A stretch of DNA of 64,000 bases from Clostridia bacterium (GTDB lineage Bacteria; Bacillota; Clostridia; Oscillospirales; CAG-272), in NCBI GenBank assembly GCA_017531765.1, contig JAFXKJ010000019.1:18660-82659 (forward strand), written 5' to 3'. The notes under the pieces are model-generated. The model was not told the DNA's origin. It saw only the letters and a program-made list of their open reading frames with translations, and did not search any database. The translations under genes and the position numbers were made by a program. Positions 36,687-45,195 of the stretch are shown here, in pieces; position 1 is the first letter of the stretch; each line of letters begins with the position of its first letter.

Positions 36687-37772
36687 ATGAATAAAAAGCT
36701 GTTTATAATAAAAATAGGTACAAGCTCGCTGACTTCAAAGGGCGGAGACATTGACCGCGAAAAAATAATGAACATAGTACGTCAGGTGTCGGATGTGCGG
36801 GACATGGGACATGATGCGGTGATCGTAACCTCCGGCTCCATCGCCGCAGGATTCAGAGCACTTGGTTATACCACCCGTCCCACCTCCGTTGCGGCAAAGC
36901 AGGCGTCGGCGGCTGTGGGTCAGGGACTTCTCATGGAGGAGTATACGAGATTTTTTTCCGAGAGGGGTTACGTTACGGCGCAGATCCTTCTGACCCGTGG
37001 CGACTTCACCGACAACAGACGGTATAAAAACGCGTTCTCCGCGCTTGAGATACTTCTAAGCCGCGGAGCTGTTCCCATAATAAACGAAAACGATACCATC
37101 GCCGTTGAAGAGCTTCGCGTCGGTGACAACGACACGCTCTCTGCACAGGTTGCGGCTATGCTCCATGCGGATCGTCTCATTCTCATGACGGATACCGATG
37201 GACTTTACACCAAGAATCCGTCTAAATACGACGATGCGGAGCATATTCCCGTAATTGAGCGAATCACACCGGAGATCGAGGCATACGCGGGAGGCGCGGG
37301 AAGCGCAAACGGTACGGGCGGTATGATCACGAAGGTCAAGGGCGCGGCTTTGGCGACCCGCGCGGGAGTTCCCGTGCTTATCTGCTCATCAAAGGACGAT
37401 AACATTATCGTAAACGCAGTAAACGGCACCGCAAAGGGAACACTTTTCAAGGCGGACGGAAGTCTTAAAACGAGACTTCAGTGGATGGCATTCTACGCGC
37501 CGTCCAAGGGTAATATCTTTATCGACAAGGGCGCGGCAGAGGCGCTTATGAGTCACGGAAAGAGTCTTCTTGCGCCGGGCGTTTGCGCAGTTGAGGGAGA
37601 TTTCTCGGAAGGTGACGTAGTAAAGATACTCACATCAGGCGACCACGTTCAGGTGGGACGGGGAGTCGTCGGTATTTCACGTCTCGAGCTTGCGGGACTT
37701 ATAGGAAATCATGACAGTCACAGTGAGATCGTGGTGCATAAAGACAATCTTGTGCTTACCGATCTCGGATGA
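36687..37772 (+). CDS. proB: glutamate 5-kinase (with C-terminal PUA domain)
   Basis: IIKIGTSSLT start block, VTSGSIAAG and NENDT motifs. ATG at 36687 with ggaagga RBS. The track start at 36585 would cover the promoter. Confidence 0.93.
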   Translation: MNKKLFIIKIGTSSLTSKGGDIDREKIMNIVRQVSDVRDMGHDAVIVTSGSIAAGFRALGYTTRPTSVAAKQASAAVGQGLLMEEYTRFFSERGYVTAQILLTRGDFTDNRRYKNAFSALEILLSRGAVPIINENDTIAVEELRVGDNDTLSAQVAAMLHADRLILMTDTDGLYTKNPSKYDDAEHIPVIERITPEIEAYAGGAGSANGTGGMITKVKGAALATRAGVPVLICSSKDDNIIVNAVNGTAKGTLFKADGSLKTRLQWMAFYAPSKGNIFIDKGAAEALMSHGKSLLAPGVCAVEGDFSEGDVVKILTSGDHVQVGRGVVGISRLELAGLIGNHDSHSEIVVHKDNLVLTDLG

Positions 37773-37815
37773 ACTTTTTAGAAAGAAATTTTGAAATAAA
37801 GGCACGGTTAGAAAT

Positions 37816-39063
37816 ATGAACGACGTATTACTCAGTCAGGCTAAAGAAGCACGCACAGCTTCCGTAAGCCTTGCCAAAGCTACAACAGAAGAAAAGAACA
37901 GAGCACTCTGCTTTATAGCGGAGGCTTTGATCGCGGAAAACGAAAAGATCCTTGCGGCTAACAAGCTGGACGTTGACGCGGCGCGTGAGAAGGGAACAAG
38001 CGATGCCATGATCGACAGACTCACTCTCACCGAAGCCCGCATCGCGGATATGGCAGAGGGGGCACGCCAGGTTGCCGCCCTTCCCGACCCCGTAGGTGAC
38101 GAAGTGGAAAGCTTCACAAGACCCAACGGTCTGCGTATCAGAAAGGTGAGAGTTCCTCTCGGCGTTATCGGAATGATCTACGAGGCTCGTCCCAACGTAA
38201 CCGTTGACGCGGCTGTTCTCGCTCTCAAGGCGGGAAGTGCAGTTCTTCTCAGAGGAAGCGGAAGTGCCATAAACTCCAACACCGCCATCGTTGAGGTCAT
38301 GCGAGAAGCGCTTAAAAAGACCGCGATTCCCGAGAGTGCCATCGCTCTTGTCGGCGGCGTGTCACACGATGTGGTTGACGAGATGATGTCACTCAGAGGA
38401 TATATCGATCTTATGATCCCCCGCGGCGGTGCGGGACTAATCAGACGTGTGGTTGACGGATGCCGTGTGCCCGTTCTTGAAACGGGTGTGGGCAACTGCC
38501 ACATTTACGTTGACGCATCTGCTGACGGTGACATGGCTGAAAAGATCCTCATTAACGCAAAGACTCAGCGTCCCGCAGTTTGCAACGCGGCTGAAACTCT
38601 GCTTGTCCACCGTGACAGAGTTGACCTTGCAGTAAAGCTATGCGATGCTCTGAAAAGCGCGGGAGTTACAGTTCACGGCTGTCCCGAGATCTGCAAGATT
38701 TTCCCCGATGCCATCCCCGCTGTGGAGACGGACTTCACCGACGAATTTCTTTCCCTTGACATGGCAGTGAAGCTTGTTGACGGAATCGACGAGGCAATCG
38801 AGCATATCCGTCGCTACGGTACGGGTCACACCGAGGCTATCATCACCTCCGATAGTGAGGCGGCAAGGAGATTTACCCTTGAAGTTGACGCGTCAAGCGT
38901 AAACGTAAACGCATCAACCAGATTCACCGACGGATTCCAGTTCGGATTTGGCGCGGAGATCGGTATCTCAACACAGAAGATGCACGCAAGAGGCCCCCTC
39001 GGACTTCGCGAGATCACATCATATAAATTCATCGTCGAGGGCGACGGCCACGTGAGAGGGTAA
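37816..39063 (+). CDS. proA: glutamate-5-semialdehyde dehydrogenase
   Basis: Typical ProA blocks (GVIGMIYEARPNVT, VCNAAETLLVH, HTEAIIT). Confidence 0.95.
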   Translation: MNDVLLSQAKEARTASVSLAKATTEEKNRALCFIAEALIAENEKILAANKLDVDAAREKGTSDAMIDRLTLTEARIADMAEGARQVAALPDPVGDEVESFTRPNGLRIRKVRVPLGVIGMIYEARPNVTVDAAVLALKAGSAVLLRGSGSAINSNTAIVEVMREALKKTAIPESAIALVGGVSHDVVDEMMSLRGYIDLMIPRGGAGLIRRVVDGCRVPVLETGVGNCHIYVDASADGDMAEKILINAKTQRPAVCNAAETLLVHRDRVDLAVKLCDALKSAGVTVHGCPEICKIFPDAIPAVETDFTDEFLSLDMAVKLVDGIDEAIEHIRRYGTGHTEAIITSDSEAARRFTLEVDASSVNVNASTRFTDGFQFGFGAEIGISTQKMHARGPLGLREITSYKFIVEGDGHVRG

Positions 39064-39067
39064 TAAA

Positions 39068-39874
39068 ATGAAGCTTAACAAAAAAATAGCCTTTATCGGC
39101 GCGGGATTCATGGCGGGAGCAATGATCGACGGTATTTTATCAGGTGAAGTTGCGGATAATACCAATATATATATAATTAATGAAGCGTTCCCCGAGGTTG
39201 CCGCGGAAGCCGCTGAAAAGTACGGAGTCAATCACGGTAAGCCTTCGGATATTGGGGACTGTGAGGTTATCGTTTTCGGCATAAAGCCGCAGGTCTTCCC
39301 CGAAACCGTGGAAATGTACGGAGAGTATTTCACTGCAGATAAGCTGTATCTTTCCATCATGGCGGGAATCTCAACGGAGAAGCTTGAAGCGGCAACAAAT
39401 GACGGCAGAGTTGTTAGACTTATGCCTAATATGCCGCTGTCAGTGGGTGAGTCGGCAACGGTTTACGTTCTCGGCAAAAACTGCACTGAAGCGGAAGGCG
39501 AAATCACCGAGGCTATCTTTGCACCTCTCGGTCTTATCAGACGTGTGGAAGAAAATATGATCTCGGCGGTAACAGCACTTTCGGGAAGTGGACCCGCATA
39601 TTTCTGCAGACTTGCGGAGGCAATGGTAAAAGCGGCTGCGGAATACGGCATGGACGAAAAGTTAGCGCTTGAGCTTGCGGTGCAGACTCTTATCGGTACG
39701 GCTGAGACGATCAAGAAAACGGGTGTTGATCCTGCAACACTCCGTACAAGAGTGACATCGAAAAAGGGAACTACCGAGGCGGCGCTTAACGCAATGACGG
39801 ATACGGGATTTGACAAGTCCGTTGCGGCGGCATTCGACGCGGCACGTAAGAGAAGCGACGAGCTTGGAAAGTGA
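39068..39874 (+). CDS. proC: pyrroline-5-carboxylate reductase
   Basis: IAFIGAGFMAGAM Rossmann start, MPNMP, and the C-terminal SKKGTTEAAL dimerisation-domain motif. Confidence 0.9.
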   Translation: MKLNKKIAFIGAGFMAGAMIDGILSGEVADNTNIYIINEAFPEVAAEAAEKYGVNHGKPSDIGDCEVIVFGIKPQVFPETVEMYGEYFTADKLYLSIMAGISTEKLEAATNDGRVVRLMPNMPLSVGESATVYVLGKNCTEAEGEITEAIFAPLGLIRRVEENMISAVTALSGSGPAYFCRLAEAMVKAAAEYGMDEKLALELAVQTLIGTAETIKKTGVDPATLRTRVTSKKGTTEAALNAMTDTGFDKSVAAAFDAARKRSDELGK

Positions 39875-39908
39875 AAAGACCAAGAAGAGTAAACAGAATA
39901 ACGTAAAA

Positions 39909-39952
39909 ACAAATTAGGGGACGGTGAAGATCGTCCCCTAATTTGTTATATG
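39909..39952 (+). terminator. strong hairpin terminator after proC (member of the CCCCTA hairpin family)
   Basis: 15-bp perfect stem acaaattaggggacg/cgtcccctaatttgt with an 8-nt loop. The GC core ggggacg/cgtcccc is followed by taatttgttatat. Confidence 0.75.
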
Positions 39953-40053
39953 TGATCCAAACGAAAAATTATCGCCAAACGTGCAGGTTGTAAGTAATGC
40001 CCCCGGCTGTGTCATTCTGAGCCTCGAAGAATCTCATTCCAACGATGATAGAT

Positions 40054-40222
40054 TAAACGTACGATTTATAAGCAAAACGTAAGATTTTTCTATATTTTTT
40101 GTTGTCGGAGACAACAAAAAATATAGGGTTAGCCAAAGGAGGACTACTTGGCGGTGCCAAGTAGGGAAACTTCAGGCGTGACTGTTTCGCAAGCGAAACG
40201 AGATGGTTCCTGACGTAAGGTT
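40054..40222. repeat. direct repeat copy 1 (with two extra hairpin modules)
   Basis: taaacgtacgatttataagcaaaacgtaa ... 16-bp AT hairpin 40091-40125 ... gggttagccaaaggagg ... agatggttcctgacgtaagg. Extra hairpins ctacttgg/ccaagtag and gtttcgc/gcgaaac relative to copy 2. Confidence 0.8.
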
Positions 40223-40415
40223 ATAGACACAACGTGCGGTAATAGATCAACGAAACGGACAGTATCGTTTGCTTCGTAAACAGTTATCGTTCAACGCGAC
40301 GTAACAGACCAACGAAACGGGCGATCACATAGGATTTGCCACATTCTCAGAATGTGACAAACACCTGCGGTGCCGCCCCTACAAAAAATCGACGGACGGC
40401 GCGGGAGTTTATTGT

Positions 40416-40552
40416 TAAACATACGATTTATAAGCAAAACGTAACCTTTTCCAATATTTTTGTTGTCGGAGACAACAAAAAATATTGGGTTAGCCAAGGA
40501 GGGAGCGAAGCGAGGAAACTTCGGCGTTTGAGATGGTTCCTAACGTAAGGTA
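40416..40552. repeat. direct repeat copy 2
   Basis: taaacatacgatttataagcaaaacgtaa ... AT hairpin 40451-40488 ... gggttagccaaggaggg ... agatggttcctaacgtaagg. Confidence 0.8.
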
Positions 40553-40858
40553 ACAAAATAACGTGTGATTAGTAAACCAAACACCAACATAATACCTCAT
40601 CCACCGTAAGCGGTCCCCCTTCCCCATTGGGGAAGGTTTAGTTATCGCCTAACGTACAGTCTGTAACCGAGCGAAGTGGGACGACCACATGGGGTCGCCC
40701 CTACAAACGTGGTCGGAACTGTTGGTTACAGACATAACGCGCGATTTTCAGGCAAACCTCACCATTTCTTCGAAACCTTGTTTGCGGGGGGCTAACATAA
40801 AACCATTCTGTTACGTAAAACAGAAATTCAAATAAAAACACCAATCATACAAAAACTA

Positions 40859-40887
40859 TTGTAAAAACACTTGAACCGTGTTATAAT
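40859..40887 (+). promoter_or_regulatory. sigma-A promoter of the candidate sRNA
   Basis: TTGTAA, 17-nt spacer, TATAAT. Confidence 0.6.
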
Positions 40888-40890
40888 AAA

Positions 40891-41115
40891 GTTGTCACAC
40901 AAAATTTAATTAACAAGCAATTTTTACCGGCCGCTTTATTTTTTTCATAGGGGTTTTATTTCCTATACCCATAACCAATACTGAATTTGTAAAAATGCAA
41001 ATTCCACTTGGCTATGGGTTCGGCTGTGCTGATCGCTTGTTAAGTTTTGTGTGACAACAATCGGAGTTTGCGTTTTTTGTGCGTGCGGCTTCGGCTGTGC
41101 GCACTTTTTTATTTT
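40891..41115 (+). ncRNA. candidate structured small RNA (6S-like rod with central bubble; identity unconfirmed)
   Basis: 40891-40918 pairs with 41035-41058 (14 bp, a 4-5 nt bulge, then 9 bp). A distal helix cccataaccaa/ttggctatggg encloses the gaatttg/caaattc hairpin. Asymmetric unpaired central region. Ends in an 11-bp UUCG-loop terminator plus T6 (41079-41115). No ORF. Confidence 0.5.
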
Positions 41116-41230
41116 GTTTTTTCTATGTCCGGTTATAATGGTATCTTGCTTAAATATATTATAAGCTTTTTATGTGAGCAGATGTTGTAAGTATACTTAA
41201 AATAAGTATACGAAATTTTGGGAGATTAAT

Positions 41231-41566
41231 ATGAAAACAGCAGTAATAGGCAGTCGAAAACTAAAAACTGATAATATAGGAGAATATCTTCCCGCAGATA
41301 CCTGTGAGATCGTCAGCGGAGGTGCCGCGGGAGTTGATACCTCCGCTAAAGAATATGCCATAGCGGCGGGACTTAAATATACCGAATTCCTTCCCGAATA
41401 TAAGCTCTACGGCAGAGGTGCGCTCATCGTCAGAAACCGCAAGATAGTTGATTATGCAGACTTAGTGGTGGCTTTCCGGGACGGCAAATCCCGCGGAACT
41501 AAGTGGACTGTTAATTACTGTATATCAAATAATATACCGCTGAAAATAATATACTGTAAAGAATAA
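41231..41566 (+). CDS. SLOG/DprA-like Rossmann-fold protein (DUF2493-like)
   Basis: 111 aa. The pattern IGSR ... VSGGAAGVDTSAKEYA ... RNRKIVDYADLVVAFRDGKSRGT matches the GGAxGxD SLOG signature as I recall it. Confidence 0.7.
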   Translation: MKTAVIGSRKLKTDNIGEYLPADTCEIVSGGAAGVDTSAKEYAIAAGLKYTEFLPEYKLYGRGALIVRNRKIVDYADLVVAFRDGKSRGTKWTVNYCISNNIPLKIIYCKE

Positions 41567-41568
41567 GC

Positions 41569-43080
41569 TTAACTGACGATCAGTGTACCGCCGTTGTCAA
41601 GGCGGGTGATCTTTTCAAGTCGGCAGTGATACTTCTTGCCGATGTCCCACATTTCTTCCCCTTCCTCGGGGAAGTATATCTTCACACAGCTTCCACGTGT
41701 GCCAAGCTCTCTTTCCGAGTCAATACAGCATGAGCTGATATGATCCTCCTTCAGCGCCGCGTACGCAAAGAGTGACAGACAAAGCTCAGCATTTACTGTC
41801 AGCTTATCTCCGTCAAGTCTGCCGTCGGCATACATCACCGATGCTTCGCAGATTACGTTTTTCATACCGTCGCTTTTTTCACAGGGACAGTCGAATTTCA
41901 CGGGGAGATTTACCTCCTCCATAGTTATCTCACCGCCGCCTACCGTTACAACGTATACCGTACAGCTTCCGCTGAGAGACAGCTTTCCGTCAGCAGAGCA
42001 TTCCGCCCGGTCAACTGTTACCTTGCCCGCAACGTGTCCCACGTGCCTGTCTGCGTTTGGCGGAACCTGCTTTGTACCGCTGACACTCAGTCGTGAGTTG
42101 CTGTTTTTCAGACATACTATAGGTGTGAGACTTTCCGTCTCGGTCTCCGTTTCATATTTCGTCGAGTAAATGTCGTCCGTTACTTCAATGTTTCTCTGTG
42201 AAGTGTGAATTACGTCGATATCATATTCCATATTCCAGGTGTAAACTCCTTCGTCTCCTCCACTGACTGTAATGGCGGCACATCTGATGTTTGCCGATGC
42301 GTTTTTTGCTTCTCTGTCTGTGGTCGAAATGTTTCCCACCGTTATGATTTCTTCAATCGGATTTTTTATACGTAAAGTAGCCACGTCCCCTGCGGTATCT
42401 TCTGTAATAAAGTCGAGACATACTTCTCCCTTGACGGTAACGTCGCGGTGACCTACTCTTACGTCTGTGATACCCGCACCGCCGCCGCAAGCGATTATTT
42501 TTGTCCCGGGATGGGTCTTCACTTCCCCCGATACGTCTCCCGTCTGTCTTGTCGATGTGACCGAACTTGATACAGCTTCGTGCTTCTTTCTTTCAAGCGT
42601 CAGCTCGTCAGCGGTGGTTGCACTGTGAGTTCTGCCCTCCGAGGAAACGTTTACCGATTCACGGCAGACATACGCCGAGGCTGAAAATATTTTTGAATAA
42701 AGCCTGCATCCGAGAGACAGCTTTCGCGGTCCCATTGCCCTGCATGAGGTGGACGTTACGCTTGTGCTTGATACGATGCTTTCACGGGAGATTCCGGTCA
42801 TATCGGTGTTGCCGCATCTGATGTTTGCACTGTATTCGCTGTTCAGATGGGCGGCGCTAAGCTTTCCGTCGCAGTCTATGTATAAAACGGTGTAATTGAC
42901 AACGCCCGAAAGCACCACGTCACATCCCTCTACGTATTTGTTTTCAGGGACGGGGGATGCACAGCATGACACGATCCGCCTGACCTCGGGCATATAGTCG
43001 GGCAGAGAAAAGTCCTCGGAGATCTCGTGAGGCATTCCCGTGTCAAGTTTTACGGTAAAAAGCTCATTGGTTGTGCTCAT
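41569..43080 (-). CDS. DUF3794/SPOCS-domain protein (sporulation-associated family)
   Basis: N-terminal LPDYMPEVRRIV block typical of SPOCS/DUF3794 repeats, and a beta-rich repetitive body. Assignment is from memory. Confidence 0.55.
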   Translation of the reverse strand: MSTTNELFTVKLDTGMPHEISEDFSLPDYMPEVRRIVSCCASPVPENKYVEGCDVVLSGVVNYTVLYIDCDGKLSAAHLNSEYSANIRCGNTDMTGISRESIVSSTSVTSTSCRAMGPRKLSLGCRLYSKIFSASAYVCRESVNVSSEGRTHSATTADELTLERKKHEAVSSSVTSTRQTGDVSGEVKTHPGTKIIACGGGAGITDVRVGHRDVTVKGEVCLDFITEDTAGDVATLRIKNPIEEIITVGNISTTDREAKNASANIRCAAITVSGGDEGVYTWNMEYDIDVIHTSQRNIEVTDDIYSTKYETETETESLTPIVCLKNSNSRLSVSGTKQVPPNADRHVGHVAGKVTVDRAECSADGKLSLSGSCTVYVVTVGGGEITMEEVNLPVKFDCPCEKSDGMKNVICEASVMYADGRLDGDKLTVNAELCLSLFAYAALKEDHISSCCIDSERELGTRGSCVKIYFPEEGEEMWDIGKKYHCRLEKITRLDNGGTLIVS

Positions 43081-43187
43081 ATCTTGTTTCCTTTCATTTT
43101 TCGGTTTTGTTTGAATTCAGCCAAGGCATTTATATGCTTTTTTTTATGTTTCCATTCCGAAAAATACGTAAAAATTTGAAAAAACTG

Positions 43188-43216
43188 TTGCTATTCAAAA
43201 GAATATGTGATATACT
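43188..43216 (+). promoter_or_regulatory. sigma-A promoter of the pheS leader
   Basis: TTGCTA, 17-nt spacer, TATACT (TGa extended). Confidence 0.65.
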
Positions 43217-43222
43217 AATCGG

Positions 43223-43485
43223 GTACACATAATATTTCTGATAGAAATCGCTGATGAAGTCGGCTGTGCGGCATCAGGTGTTAAAGAGATACCGTCCTTG
43301 GCTGTGAGACGGTTACACCCCCGTAACTTGCCTTTCCCTTCGGAGTCGCAGGGTGATAAGCCTTGCGCGGGTCTGCCCGTTACAGCGGAAGTGAGTGCCT
43401 GCTCATGCCGGAATTTCGGGTGGTACCGCGGAAAATCTGATTTTTCCGTCCCGCGTTGTTTTAACGCGGGATTTTTTGTTTTTTC
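43223..43485 (+). promoter_or_regulatory. T-box riboswitch leader (Phe-tRNA responsive, by context)
   Basis: Conserved T-box sequence aatttcgggtggtaccgcg at 43412-43430 and an AGAGA box near 43285. Terminator cccgcg-ttgttttaa-cgcggg plus T-run at 43450-43485. UUC triplets at 43334-43341 are specifier candidates. Confidence 0.9.
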
Positions 43486-43560
43486 GCGGGAATTTCACAC
43501 AGCGGATAATATCGGAATTACAATAATATAATAATTAAGCCTATTGAAAGGATACATCAA

Positions 43561-44574
43561 ATGAAAGAGAAACTCAGAAAAATTGCCGAAGAGGCGGCTG
43601 CCGCTATAAGCGAAAGCGGAGCTGACCTTGAGGCTCTCAGAATCAAGTACCTTGGTAAGAAGGGTGAGCTTACAGCGGTACTCCGCGGAATGGGTGCGCT
43701 TTCCGCCGAGGAAAGACCCGTTATCGGTCAGATGGCTAACGAGATCCGTGCAGATATCGAAGCTAAGCTTGAATCCCGCCGCGAAAGCGCTGCTGCCGAA
43801 GCACTTCAGAAAAAGCTTGAGAGCGAAAAGATCGACGTTACCGTTCCCGCAAAAAAGGTGAGTGTCGGTAAGATGCACCCCATCAGCCTCGTTCAGAGAC
43901 AGCTTGAGGAGATATTCCTCGGTATGGGCTACGAGATAGCAGAGGGACCCGAGGTAGAGTACGACTACTACAACTTCCAGGCACTTAACATTCCTGAGGA
44001 TCACCCCGCACGAGACACTCAGGACACATTCTACATTACAGATAATATCCTCCTCCGTTCACAGACCTCTCCCGTTCAGGCGAGAGTTATGGAGAAGACT
44101 CAGCCCCCCATCAAGATCATCTCTCCCGGACGCGTTTACCGTTCCGACGCGGTTGACGCAACACACTCTCCTCTCTTCCATCAGGTAGAGGGACTTGTAG
44201 TTGACAAGGGAGTTACCATGGGTGACCTTAAGGGTACTCTTGAGTCCTTTGCCAAGACAATGTTCGGTGAGGAAACAAGGATACGTTTCCGTCCCCACCA
44301 TTTCCCCTTCACAGAGCCTTCTGCAGAGATCGACGTTTCCTGCTTTGCTTGCGGCGGCGAGGGATGTAGACTTTGCAAGGGCGAGGGCTGGATCGAGATC
44401 CTCGGCGGCGGTATGGTACATCCTCAGGTACTTCGCAACTGCGGAATCGACCCCGAGGTATACAGCGGCTTTGCATTCGGTCTCGGAGTTGAGAGAATCG
44501 TAATGCTCAAGTACCACATTGACGATATGCGTCACCTCTACGAGAACGACGTAAGATTCCTCCACCAGTTCTGA
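43561..44574 (+). CDS. pheS: phenylalanine--tRNA ligase alpha subunit
   Basis: Class II motifs ([28 protein letters not shown]). Confidence 0.97.
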   Translation: MKEKLRKIAEEAAAAISESGADLEALRIKYLGKKGELTAVLRGMGALSAEERPVIGQMANEIRADIEAKLESRRESAAAEALQKKLESEKIDVTVPAKKVSVGKMHPISLVQRQLEEIFLGMGYEIAEGPEVEYDYYNFQALNIPEDHPARDTQDTFYITDNILLRSQTSPVQARVMEKTQPPIKIISPGRVYRSDAVDATHSPLFHQVEGLVVDKGVTMGDLKGTLESFAKTMFGEETRIRFRPHHFPFTEPSAEIDVSCFACGGEGCRLCKGEGWIEILGGGMVHPQVLRNCGIDPEVYSGFAFGLGVERIVMLKYHIDDMRHLYENDVRFLHQF

Positions 44575-44600
44575 TTTCTTTTGTTTAGGAGGCTTCGGAA

Positions 44601-45143
44601 ATGTTTGTTATAGGTATTGCGGGCGGCACCTGCAGCGGAAAGACGACACTTGCAGAGAAGCTGTGCGAAAGATTCGGGGGCACTGCCCGCCTTTTACACA
44701 TGGATTCATATTACCGTCAGCCATTTTCTTATACCGTGGCTCCCATTTCGGGGAAAACCTATGTGGAGCATAATCATCCCGATGCGCTTGAAGTTGACAG
44801 ATTGCAGGCAGACGTGGAAAATGAGTTGTCAAAGGCTGAATATCAACTTCTCATAATCGAAGGACTGTTCGCGCTTCATCTGGAAGAGATTCGTTCAAGG
44901 CTTGACTTCAAGGTGTTCGTAGATCTTGACAGCGACGAAAGACTTGTCCGCCGCATACGGAGATTTACAGGATTCGGTCAAAGCTTTGATGAAGTAACGG
45001 ATAGGTATATAGATACAGTAAGATTCCGTCATAACGAGCTTGTTGAGCCTTCCCGTTGGCACGCGGATATAGTGGTGAACGGAAACTCGGGAGACTTGCC
45101 CGTTGATGTCCTTGAAACATACATCAGAAGTAAACTTAAGTAA
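44601..45143 (+). CDS. uridine kinase family P-loop kinase (short)
   Basis: IGIAGGTCSGKTTLA P-loop, MDSYY, VFVDLDSDERLVRRIRR as in Udk/PRK-family kinases; 180 aa. Confidence 0.75.
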   Translation: MFVIGIAGGTCSGKTTLAEKLCERFGGTARLLHMDSYYRQPFSYTVAPISGKTYVEHNHPDALEVDRLQADVENELSKAEYQLLIIEGLFALHLEEIRSRLDFKVFVDLDSDERLVRRIRRFTGFGQSFDEVTDRYIDTVRFRHNELVEPSRWHADIVVNGNSGDLPVDVLETYIRSKLK

Positions 45144-45195
45144 AAAATAATTATACAGTTAATTTTGTCATACAACTATAGAAAGGAAATCATTT

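Larger units (their letters stand above)
39955..40800. repeat. gene-free mosaic of hairpin repeats
   Basis: Contains two long direct repeats, several perfect hairpins and two CCCCTACA hairpin elements. The only ORFs are short and overlap the repeats. Confidence 0.8.

Noticed and set aside
40291-40548. Two overlapping 68-70 aa ORFs (40291-40497 minus, 40336-40548 plus) in the repeat region, and a 21-codon TTG ORF after the aaggagg at 40136.
   Set aside because: They run through hairpin and direct-repeat modules and are not conserved between the two repeat copies. The SD-like aaggagg in copy 2 has no start codon behind it.
39955-40800. Possibility that the repeats are a CRISPR array.
   Set aside because: There are only two long copies of unequal length (about 170 and 140 bp) with modular insertions, no regular repeat-spacer periodicity, and no cas genes in the window.
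40859-41566. Retron-like reading of the structured RNA (flanking inverted repeats like a1/a2).
   Set aside because: No reverse transcriptase gene is nearby. The downstream gene is a 111-aa SLOG-like protein.
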